Shown here: positions 54,639 to 64,000 of the stretch, in pieces
Layout of the letters: the number at the start of each line of letters is the position of its first letter
How positions within the stretch are numbered: the stretch's first letter is position 1
Assembly (NCBI GenBank): GCA_951406725.2
Contig: OX597820.1
Span: forward strand, 92,628,001-92,692,000
Reading direction: 5' to 3'
Length of the DNA: 64,000 bases
From: Octopus vulgaris
Taxonomy: Eukaryota
Made by a program: the position numbers and the translations under genes
The notes under the pieces: model-generated
The model's database searches: none
What the model saw: only the letters and a program-made list of their open reading frames with translations
What the model was told of the DNA's origin: nothing

Positions 54639-56562
54639 AAGCTTTTGTCGACCCGACAAAGCATAACAAAACTCGCACCTCCGAGCAGCAGACTCTCCGG
54701 GGGCTGGGGGTCCCCTTGGGTGGTTTCTCCTCCGGGGGTCTCACCTCCCACGGCCACCACTTCAGCACCAGCCACAGGTTGGCACCTTCCCTCTGCGGCT
54801 TGGGTAACACCTCCGCCAACGCCGCCAGGCTTCCTACTAGCCGCCCACAATAGGCGCACCGTCCGAGGAAGTTCCTCAAATCCCTCACACAAGAAGGGTC
54901 CGGCCAATCCTTCACAGTGGCCACCTTCCTCAGGGCTCTATAGCCCACGTAGCATCTTGCTGTACCATCTCCATTCTGCGCAATTATCGCCGACGACCAG
55001 GGACCATTCCGCTTTTCCACTGTTCCCCGTCGCCGATATTTCCTCTTGCGCTGCTGTACTGAGACCTTCCTCCGGCCTCGCTGCTTCCTCAAGCGACAAC
55101 CGCCCTGGTCGACGAAACGTTCTGCCAGGTCCGTGCGACCAGCATCCAACAACGCTCGCGACCAACGTCCTGCGCTCTTCACCAACGGTTGCTTCTTCCG
55201 CAACTGCATCAGCGGACCACGATCTCCCTTAACTTCATCACTGCACCGGCAGAACTGACCCCGCCGCTGGTTTACCGTCCGGCGCAGTTCCACGATTTGC
55301 CCTCTGCAAATCGCCTGCGCAGCCTTCAATAAATCGGCCGACCCACCCAGCGCTCTGTCAGCCTCTGCCTCCACCAGGGTCCAGCCGACCCTCAATTGAG
55401 TTCCTATTCCGCACTGCATGTCGGGCTCCACCGGCTCCACGCAACCATCAAATACAGAGCTCCCCCAAGTGCCAACAAAGCACCAGCGACTCCTTGCGGA
55501 CCGCTTCCTCAACTGCATCCGTGGGCCACCACCTCCTTCAACTGCGTTGCCGTATCGGCAGAGCTGGCCCCACCACTGGTTCGCCATCTGGCACGATTCC
55601 TCGATTTGCCTTCTGCAAATCGCCTGTGCCACTTCCAAAAGATCGGCCGACCCAGCTAGCGCTCCACCAGCTTCTGCTTCCACTAGGGTCCACCCGACCC
55701 TCAATCGAGCTTTCACTAGGCACTGCCTGTCGGGCTCCACCGGCCCCAAGCAACCATCAACCACAAAGCTCACCCAACGCTGAAGCAGTCTTCCTGGTCT
55801 CGGTGGACCCACCACCGTTCGCAGCCGTCTCGCCTCGTCAACGGGCCTGGTCCTTTTCCTCACCAGCTTCCGTCCCGCAGGCCTCACAACACACACGCCC
55901 GGCCGCCAGTCCATCCACGCCTGTGGCCTCTCCACAGTGGGAACCATACAGTCCCTCTGGGCCCCAAGAGACAGGGGTCCAGACACCAAAGGACCCGCAC
56001 ACGGCATAGCACCTGCCGCGACCATCACACACAGAGCCGGAACCTCGGACTCAGCGACATTCGCCCCAGACCTCGCCAGCTCTTCGTCCTGAGCTCCGAG
56101 AGACAGGGGTCGAGATGCCAAGGGCTCCAGACACGGAACAACAGCATCAGCCATAACACCTTCCACAGGCCTTTTGGTTACTTCAACCTCTACGGGTTCC
56201 AAATCACAAGATTTCTTGGGTACAGCGTCACAAATTTCGGCAACCAGCCCAGGTTCCGCAAACACAGCCGGTCCAGCATCACAGATTTCGGCAACACTTC
56301 CTTCACTATCTGTTTCCCTCGATGCTTCGTTCGACGGGCAATCTCTGCCCACAGGACCGTCGCTATCCTCGGTCCAACACCGATCCTTCAAAGCTGACCC
56401 ATCCGCAACCTCAAGCTCCCGCTGATCTGCCCACAGGCCCTGTCGCCTCCTGTCCATTCTCTCCACGAACGCGTCCGTCTGCGCCATCTGGCCCCTTAAC
56501 ATCTCCACAATCAGAGCAAGCGAAATCTCCTCGTCTCCGGTCTGACAACCAGACAAATCCAT
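54637..56562 (-). CDS. 641-aa element ORF with degenerate Gypsy pol remnants and an internal 103-aa duplication
   Basis: First ATG at 56562 (MDLSG); GTVEKRNGPWSSAIIAQNGDGTARCYVGYRAL (RT N-terminus) joined to VKDWPDPSCVRDLRNFLGRCAY (RT thumb/connection); no YxDD motif. Confidence 0.75.
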   Translation of the reverse strand: MDLSGCQTGDEEISLALIVEMLRGQMAQTDAFVERMDRRRQGLWADQRELEVADGSALKDRCWTEDSDGPVGRDCPSNEASRETDSEGSVAEICDAGPAVFAEPGLVAEICDAVPKKSCDLEPVEVEVTKRPVEGVMADAVVPCLEPLASRPLSLGAQDEELARSGANVAESEVPALCVMVAAGAMPCAGPLVSGPLSLGAQRDCMVPTVERPQAWMDWRPGVCVVRPAGRKLVRKRTRPVDEARRLRTVVGPPRPGRLLQRWVSFVVDGCLGPVEPDRQCLVKARLRVGWTLVEAEAGGALAGSADLLEVAQAICRRQIEESCQMANQWWGQLCRYGNAVEGGGGPRMQLRKRSARSRWCFVGTWGSSVFDGCVEPVEPDMQCGIGTQLRVGWTLVEAEADRALGGSADLLKAAQAICRGQIVELRRTVNQRRGQFCRCSDEVKGDRGPLMQLRKKQPLVKSAGRWSRALLDAGRTDLAERFVDQGGCRLRKQRGRRKVSVQQRKRKYRRRGTVEKRNGPWSSAIIAQNGDGTARCYVGYRALRKVATVKDWPDPSCVRDLRNFLGRCAYCGRLVGSLAALAEVLPKPQREGANLWLVLKWWPWEVRPPEEKPPKGTPSPRRVCCSEVRVLLCFVGSTKA

Positions 56563-56600
56563 AGCGAAAAAGAACCGATCGAAACGCAGCAATCAGGACA

Positions 56601-56618
56601 ATCCCACTTCTGACACCA
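56601..56618 (-). other. Primer-binding site, tRNA-Leu(CAA) type
   Basis: Minus strand TGGTGTCAGAAGTGGGAT, 2 nt from the 5' LTR, complementary to the tRNA-Leu 3' end AUCCCACUUCUGACACCA. Confidence 0.9.
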
Positions 56619-56620
56619 GT

Positions 56621-57826
56621 TGTTACGAAACGGAATCACCCCGTCGTCGCTCGCCCGAACGGCTCACACAAGTTCCGCCACGGAACCCAAAGAGGCGGAG
56701 AGAGGAGAGATACAGATAGATACTGCCACAGCATCAACAGCACAGAGATACAGAGGCACAACCCGAGATACAACCCAAAGAGGCAAGGCAACAACTGGCA
56801 ACACTGGCTTATATTCAAACAACAGTTTATACGACAATTACAATGTTACAACATCAAGATACATCAAAGCATGCACGTGACTACTCAATACATAATACAA
56901 CATCATGTAACAATATATCAGTCCGGAGACGCAACAAGTCATATACAGTATTTCAAAGGTACACGTCCGAAGACACAGTTCTCTAAAGTCTCTTTTTCTA
57001 AACATCACAAATAACGTCACATCAACAAGTCCTTTACTCTTCAATTCACAATGTCCTTTATCGACTATATCGACAGAGTCCTTGTTTTTAAACACCACTG
57101 TTCTTTACACCGTGACACATATCAATGCACAAAACACATACCTCAATTCTCAATTGAATCTGCCAGTGTCCCATTCCTCTCAATCCTGCTAATTTCTCTG
57201 AATACTGCCAATTCCTCTGCATACTGCTAATTCCTTCTGTACATATCCCAATCAGTGCCGCCAAGCCTCCGCATCCCAGCTTGCTCCCAAGAATTCCAAC
57301 GCTTCCAAGATTCCATCTACTCGCTCTGACTTCCAGAATCCCACTGTCTTCTTCGAGGACCGGCCAACGACTGCCAGATCCGTCTGTGTTCTTCGACGAC
57401 CGCTCAACGACCCCCCGACCTCACTTCGTCTCTGTCCTTCTTCCACTCCCCTCATCTCCCTCTGTCTATATCGCTCTTACCCTTTCTAATTGCTATCTGA
57501 TTCCTTACTCTATCTATATCGCCTACTGTCTCTTAGCCTCTCTATCTGCTCTCTGATCCCTTAGCCTCTCTATCTGTCCCTTTTCTCTTACTGTCAATAC
57601 CCTCTCCATCTGTTCTTAGATTCCCTTAATCTGTCTTCCTCTTTCACTTCTTCAAGGGGTGCTCAGAATGACCTCCAATCGACCGCACAAGGTCAGAAAG
57701 GTCTCATTAATCTCCCACTAGACAAAGGACCCGTCACTTTTCACCAGACATACTGGAACCATTATTCCTATGTGGGTCACCAGAAACACTACACTAATTA
57801 AACCCGAAATGCACTTAGCCAACCGT

Positions 57827-57830
<4 letters not shown>
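56621..57830 (-). repeat. 5' LTR
   Basis: Direct repeat of 53416-54625. Confidence 0.97.
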
Positions 57831-57874
<44 letters not shown>

Positions 57875-57877
<3 letters not shown>

Positions 57878-58031
57878 AGGGGCTGTCTGGTAAGTAGCTT
57901 ACTTGCCAGCCACATGGTTCCGGTTTCAGATCCACTGCGTGGCACCTTCGGCATGTGTCTTCAACTATAGCTTAGGTCAGAGCGAAGCCTGGTGAGTGGA
58001 TTTGATAGCCGGAAACTGAAAGACGTCCGTC

Positions 58032-58032
<1 letters not shown>
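57875..58032 (+). mobile_element. SINE family A 5' half
   Basis: Head and body up to the internal (TA)n, where a fold-back element follows. Confidence 0.8.
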
Positions 58033-58064
<32 letters not shown>

Positions 58065-58065
<1 letters not shown>

Positions 58066-58344
58066 TTTATTTTAAGCAGCAGAAAATTCAACAAAATCTG
58101 TTACTCTGAGTTTCTCGTTGCCGTTCAGTTTTTGCTAGAATGGAACTGATATATCAATTCAATCTATAGATTGAATTGATATATCAGTTCCATTCTAGCA
58201 AAAACTGTCTGATGAACGGCAACGAGAAACTCAGAGTAACAGATTTTGTTGAATTTTCTGCTGCTTAAAATAAAGCATATTACTCTACCACTGGTATTTG
58301 AGTACTCTTTTTTCCACCTTGTTTCACATTTATGTGTTTACTCC

Positions 58345-58347
<3 letters not shown>
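58065..58347 (+). mobile_element. Fold-back HHR element, copy 2
   Basis: Loopless palindrome centred at 58166/58167 (arms 102 and 109 nt, 7-nt deletion in the left arm) plus the same tail as copy 1. Confidence 0.92.
58205..58242 (+). ncRNA. Minimal type I hammerhead ribozyme
   Basis: ctgt CTGATGA a cg GCAA cg a GAAAC tcaga GTA acag; predicted cleavage after A58238. Confidence 0.8.
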
Positions 58348-58383
<36 letters not shown>

Positions 58384-59559
58384 GCATAATGTTATATGCA
58401 TGCATACACATGTAGATAAATATATGTACAGCTGTACACACGCATATTAGTATATATCTATTTATGTATGAAAGTTTATGTGTAAATCTTCATATTTTCT
58501 GCAGATTTCCTCCATGTTTGTCGATTACATGTGTAAAGCTTCATATAGGAAACCCAAAGGATTATAAGTCGCGATGGGTCTCATGAAAAAAGTGTAAACA
58601 TTTTGGCATTGTTCTTCAGTATTTCACTTATCGTTTTGCCATCTGCGTTCATTAGGCTATTATTACTTTTTCATTTCATGGAAGTTCGCCTTCTTTTTCT
58701 AGGAGTGTGGTTTTACTTGGCATTATTCACTGTTCTTTAGTTGTTAATTGAAGCAATTTAATATGCTCGTTTTTCGTTCTATAGGGAGTTTCAGTTTTTG
58801 GGAAATTATGCATTTTTCGTATGTTGACCTTCCTTTTGCAACAGCCTAAGTGAAATTCACCGTTGTGAATGGAAAGAAATTACGGTTGCATAGTTAAGCC
58901 AGGTGGGAAATACTAAGAGTAATATGCAAAAGCAGTTGTCAACCGACAACGTATGAAAACAAATGAAGCTATCTTAATTAAACTAGAAGAAAATTCGTTT
59001 TGAATTTTTCCCAATGAATTTTGCATTCGTTGTAATGAATGCTCTTTTAAATGTTCTTTAAATGCTTTAAGAGATTCTTTTGCTATGTACAAAGCTTTAT
59101 GAACTGAAATTTCAAGTCCAAATTTTTTTATAATTCGATGGTTAAACTAAAAATTACTTTATTTGCATATAAAATTGCGTTGATCTCGCCAAGAAACATT
59201 GAAAACCAATTAGTAATCCCGTTTTACAGACAATTATTATGCAAGGTGGTAATACTTATAAGTAATTTGATATGCTTATATATAGGAAGGAACTAACGAA
59301 CGAACGAACGAACAAAGGAAGGAAGGAAGGAAAGAAGGAGTACAATGTAGCTTGTAGAGACAACATTACAACAATACAAATATATCTTCACTTTCAAAAA
59401 TTCAATTTTTGAGTAATTACTAATTTCATCTTTGGATGGATTAAGACATTTTTCTTTTAGCTTGCTCTTCGTTGTGTATTTTGATTTCCTTTTCTTTTTC
59501 CTGCTAACGGCTTTGAGAAATGATGTTTACTTACACAATAGATTAGAAGTTATGCCCAC

Positions 59560-59812
59560 GGGTATATGACGTAGTGGTTAAGAGCGCGGTCTACTAACCC
59601 CAAGATTCCGAGTTCGATTGCAGACAGTGACCTGAAGAATAATGATAATAATAGTAATAACAACATCGAAAAATACCTTAGGAATGAGAACCCAGGTTCG
59701 AAATTTCTCCAATACACTTGATTGAGGCTGGAGCGTATATCAACCGAAACGTTGATGAGGACAAATATCCATCAAATGTAAATAATTCCTCGTCTCTTAA
59801 ATATACAACTGT
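59560..59812 (+). mobile_element. tRNA-headed element with degenerate HHR
   Basis: Head GTAGTGGTTAAGAGCGCGG...GAGTTCGATT, a (TAA)-like spacer, then TTGATTGA ggctg..caacc GAAAC GTT. Confidence 0.65.
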
Positions 59813-59854
59813 ATAATAAAAACTGTTATGCTATGAGAATAGAATTATTTTCAT

Positions 59855-60262
59855 AGGCGCGGGAGTAGCTGTGTGGTAAGTAGCTTGCTTACCAACCACA
59901 TAGTTCCACGTTCAGTCCTACTGCGTGGCACTTTGGGCAAGTGTCTTCTACTATAGCCCTGGGCCGACCAAAGCCTTGTGAGTGGAGTTGGTAGACGGAA
60001 TCTGAAACAAGCTCGTCGTATATAAATGTATATGTATTTGTGTGTGTGTGTGTGTGTTTGTGTATCTGTGTTTGTCCCCACAACATTGCTTGACATCCGA
60101 TGCTGTTGTGTTTATGTCCCCGTAACTTAGCGGTTCGGTAAAAGGGACTGATAGAATAAGTACTAGGCTTACAAAGAATAAGTCCCGGGGTGGATTTGCT
60201 CGGCTAAAGGCGGTGCTCCAGCATTGTCGCAGTCAAATATCTGAGGCAAATAAAAGAGAGAA
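59855..60262 (+). mobile_element. SINE family A
   Basis: Full-length match to family A. Confidence 0.9.
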
Positions 60263-61454
60263 TAAGGAGAGGTTAAATTTTGAAGTTCTTTTGTTTTTTG
60301 TTGTTTTTTCTTGTAGATCCGGCTTTCTGACGTTAAAACAATTTTAAATGATGCCTCACCAGTTGTCCCTCCTGCTACCTTCTGCTTCATAAAATGGCAT
60401 CATTTGTTTGAATAAATAGCAAGAAATGTGTCTCTTAGAATTTACCCTAATAAGATGTCAGTGATTATGCAATTATCTGTAATAATAATGTTACAGTAGC
60501 TTTTTTAAGCATTCTATGAGCGTAGGACAATACAAACTTTCTAAGATCAATCAAGTTCTTCTTCTGTGTATATGTTAACAAAATATTGATGAAACAATGT
60601 AACCGTAGTAGTATACATCATATTTAGTTAATGTTCGTTCCCAATATGTTCTAAAAATGTTCTATCATTTTACAAATTTGATGATAAAAGAATTCTTTTT
60701 GTCATTATTCGATTATGTCCAAGTCCTACATTACTAAAAATATTTGCAAGTGTTTTGCTTCATTGTTACATACAAATACACATTACATACACATACGCAG
60801 ATATTTATGCATGTATATTTGTGTGTAACAAAATAGTTGTAAGTATTTTTATTAATATAGCGACTTAGACATAATCGAATGACTGCAAAAGTAATATAAA
60901 TTTGAAATATCAAATATATAGCAAACCGTTGTCCAAATACATCAACAAATGAAAGCTTTAAAGAAGGACAAAAAAAACAATTTACTACATGTAATCACTA
61001 GTTTATCTTTTTCTAAATACAAATGTGTATACACACAAACTGTCATACAGATATTTGTACGTGTGCACGCATGTGAGTGTGTGTGCACGCACGTGAGTGT
61101 GTGTGTATGTGTGTGTGTTTGTGTGTGTGTTGGTGTATCTCGAGGGACATGGTAGGAGCATAGTATAATAACCGGATAACACCGCATGAAGGAGTGGTTA
61201 GGAACGGTAAAGGAAGGAGATAAAAGTAAATAAAATAAACTAAGACGAAATCAAATAGAATAAACTGTAATAGGTTATAGAAGTCATAAGGACGATGGAT
61301 GGATGGATGAATGGATGGATGGATGGATAGGTGGATGGATGGATGGATGGATGGATGGATGGATGGATGGATGGACAGAGTGATAGATCGATAGAAATAC
61401 AGAAATATTTAGATAGATAGATAGATAGATAGACACATGCATAATACATACATA

Positions 61455-61910
61455 CATTATGGCTGCCCCCTCATTATCGAGTATGGCCATTGCACGAACC
61501 TTAACTGTTATTGGTGCTGTGATCGAATGTGACTTTTTAGCCCAGCTAAAGATCTACAATGTCTTGTACAGAATTGGCAACTAAAACCTTTACTGGTAAT
61601 ATCCGGCTGTAGTTGTAACTGGGCTTCATGTACCTTTGCATGTCGTGTAAATCCTCCTGCCGAATTACTTAAATAGTTCTACATTCAGACTATCACCTCT
61701 CTGTGCTTTGCCATTGTTCATCTTTGATACAGCTTTTATTGCTTCCCCCACTGACGGGGTGTCATCTAAACACTCAATGGGTGCAATTCTGTGGAATCAT
61801 ATCAAAAATTCTTTCATCAACAACTGATGATCGATTCAGACCTTCATTGAAATATTCCTCCCTTCGTTTTGAAGATGTCTTTCGGACCCCTCAATAAAAC
61901 ACCATTCCTA
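61455..61910 (-). mobile_element. Internally deleted RTE/BovB-like LINE
   Basis: EEYFNEGLNRSSVVDERIFDMIPQ and LDDTPSVGEAIKAVSKMNNGKA joined to C-terminal fingers SAGGFTRHAKVH and CQFCTRHCRSLAGLKSHIRSQH*; tail runs into (TATG)n. Confidence 0.78.
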
Positions 61911-62010
61911 TTCTATCTATTAACCGAGTTAGTTGCTTCATACTCCTCCTGCGTCGATTCTGCCCATAAGAAAGGAATAAATAATACAATAGGGATGTAG
62001 TTCATAAATC

Positions 62011-62037
62011 CATGGCAACGCCGTGATGCACTGCTAG
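62011..62037 (+). mobile_element. Helitron-type 3' terminus
   Basis: Hairpin CATGGC-AAC-GCCGTG, 8-nt spacer, then CTAG followed by T. Confidence 0.55.
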
Positions 62038-62054
62038 TGTGTATATATATATAC

Positions 62055-62106
<52 letters not shown>

Positions 62107-62110
62107 ATAT

Positions 62111-62316
62111 TGGAAGGTTTGGAGATGATGTACAGGTATTATATATTAGAAGAAATGAGGTAATCAGATCGGATGGTTCATATTTATAGATATTTATTTA
62201 TATATTACATTTTTTACATATATATATCATATCATTCAGATCATATCATTCGGATTATTAGCGCTTTCTCCCATTCCAGTGGGGTTTTCAAATCAAATTA
62301 ATGATTACTTCATTTC

Positions 62317-62326
<10 letters not shown>
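62111..62326 (-). mobile_element. Short (TA)n-inserted element with 26-bp inverted repeat and decayed HHR
   Basis: 62141-62166 versus about 62302-62327 inverted, 25/26 identical; minus strand ttgaaaa c ccca ctggaa tggg a GAAA gcg CTA ataa. Confidence 0.6.
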
Positions 62327-62378
<52 letters not shown>

Positions 62379-63706
62379 CATACATACATACATACATACA
62401 TACATACATACATACATACATACATACACGCACAATTTCGCAAGTGTAGGGAGACACATATTGGTGTATCGCACGAAAGTGCTGTGCAATTTTTATTCAT
62501 TACAGTTGCTCCCTTTTATTGTCTGTTACCTTTTCTTTTCGTCCTCATGAGAAAGTGAGAAAATAATGTAGAAAAAATTCTGATGATAAATTTGCCTTAT
62601 CGGAGAATGTCCGCTGCACTGCGTATGATGGCAACGAATTTGTAAATAAATACATTATTATAGCATCGTCTTTACAAACGTCAAAATAAAGGCGTAATAA
62701 AAACTGCATATTATGAACTACACAAAACGTGTCAGTACATGAAAACATTGTGAACTGTTTCTACACATTGAGAACGTATGTTTCTCTTATATATATTTTG
62801 TGTCTTCCGGTCTTAAACATTACTAGTTTTGTTTTGATTTCAGCTTGTTTACTTAAGTTTATTTATTTAAATCTTGTCAGCACATCATCTTCTGAAGAAG
62901 AGTTACAGCAAAAATAATTACTCATGAATGATATATTCCTCTTAATATAGTCATATAGAATCAGCAGGACGCTAGCACCTTAAATACAAATCATTACAAT
63001 GTGAAAATTATACCTAACCTTACTATTAATTATTAAACTTACACTAAGAAACTTTATAAACTATATCAATAAAAATACTTCCCTATCCCGGTGAACCATA
63101 ATTTTGTCTCGCCTTAATAATAGATAAAGTATTAGACCATATTCAGACACTGCGATTTGTAAAATTACATTTTACCTATTAATATATGACATTCCGGTCT
63201 ATTATACCCATATTTAATGCCTGAACTATTTTTTACATATCATTGAAGCTGCTACTTTCTAATGGCCTCATGGTTCCGTAATTCTACAGCTTGACAGCTC
63301 TACTTACACCTGTTTGTCTCTAACTTAAATATTGTTTCCTTTGTCATCATTATACATGAATCATTAAATTTGCTATTATAACCCAGTTGGCAGATTCAAT
63401 CTTGTAGATGTGTTTACTCTTTTTTAGCATTATGCAGCGGTTATATACATATGCTTCCATATGAATCAGTACACATATTTGTTATATTAAGATATGTATA
63501 TGTACATATAGGTATTTGTACGCATGTGTACCTCCATATGTATATACATATGTGTGTATGAATTTCTATATCCTGTTATGTATGTATATATGCATCTGTG
63601 TGTGTATCCATATCTGTTTAAATGTATGAATATATATCTTAATTTTCATATTTAAACCGGCATATGTGCTTGCTTTTATAGTGTGCTGCGTATATATACC
63701 CATTCA

Positions 63707-63833
63707 TTTGTAAAATCTATGCATACCTAAGTAAATGTATATATCTATTTATATTTGTAAAATCTATGCATACCTAAGTGAATGTATATATATCTATTTA
63801 TATTTGTAAAATATATGCATACCTAAGTGAATG

Positions 63834-63840
<7 letters not shown>
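63707..63840. repeat. ~47-bp tandem repeat, about three copies
   Basis: TTTGTAAAATCTATGCATACCTAAGT.AATGTATATA repeated. Confidence 0.85.
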
Positions 63841-63890
<50 letters not shown>

Positions 63891-63893
<3 letters not shown>

Positions 63894-64000
63894 AGAGTAA
63901 GGACATAAATGCGAAAGAAGGTAGAAAAATAGTACTTGAATACCAGAGGTAGAGTAAAATACTTTGTTAAAAAGCAGTAAAAATATCACAAAAACTGTTA
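63891..64000 (-). mobile_element. Fold-back HHR family, diverged copy 3 (3' tail, runs off the window)
   Basis: Reverse complement TAACAGTTTTTGTGATATTTTTACTGCTTT...TACTCTACCTCTGGTATTCAAGTACT...TTACTCTGGT-(AT)n aligns with the tails of copies 1 and 2. Confidence 0.8.

Larger units (their letters stand above)
53416..57830 (-). mobile_element. Young non-autonomous Gypsy-derived LTR retrotransposon in a (TA)n tract
   Basis: Two 1210-bp TG..CA LTRs, tRNA-Leu PBS, PPT, ATAT flanks, and an internal ORF with pol remnants. Confidence 0.97.

Noticed and set aside
54645-56564. Plus-strand ORFs inside the LTR element
   Set aside because: Antisense shadows of a GC-rich ORF with no recognisable motifs.
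53633-57556. Identical small ORF pairs 3205 bp apart
   Set aside because: They are simply the two LTR copies.

Overview
AT-rich, microsatellite-dense animal DNA with no recognisable host protein-coding exon. The SINE families and (TA)n/(CA)n/(TAGA)n density suggest an Octopus-like coleoid cephalopod, intergenic or within a large intron (inference). The window is a mosaic of transposable elements: three Penelope-like (PLE) relics, several RTE LINE fragments, a Tx1-like and an R4/Dong-like LINE 3' end, mariner and Tc1-like transposons, a Tigger-like MITE, Helitron ends, three tRNA-derived SINE families, and one young 4.4-kb Gypsy-derived LTR element carrying a single open 641-aa ORF that lacks the RT catalytic core. 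The most striking signal is a set of short non-coding elements in (TA)n tracts carrying minimal hammerhead ribozyme (HHR) motifs. These include a 438-bp terminally redundant retrozyme-like unit (25.4-25.9 kb), a fold-back family whose long palindromes appear to be rebuilt at each insertion (28.8, 58.1, 63.9 kb), and a tRNA-headed element with a decayed HHR (59.6 kb). Nearly all ORFs in the supplied track are microsatellite or SINE artefacts. All calls were made by eye, and boundaries of decayed elements are approximate.
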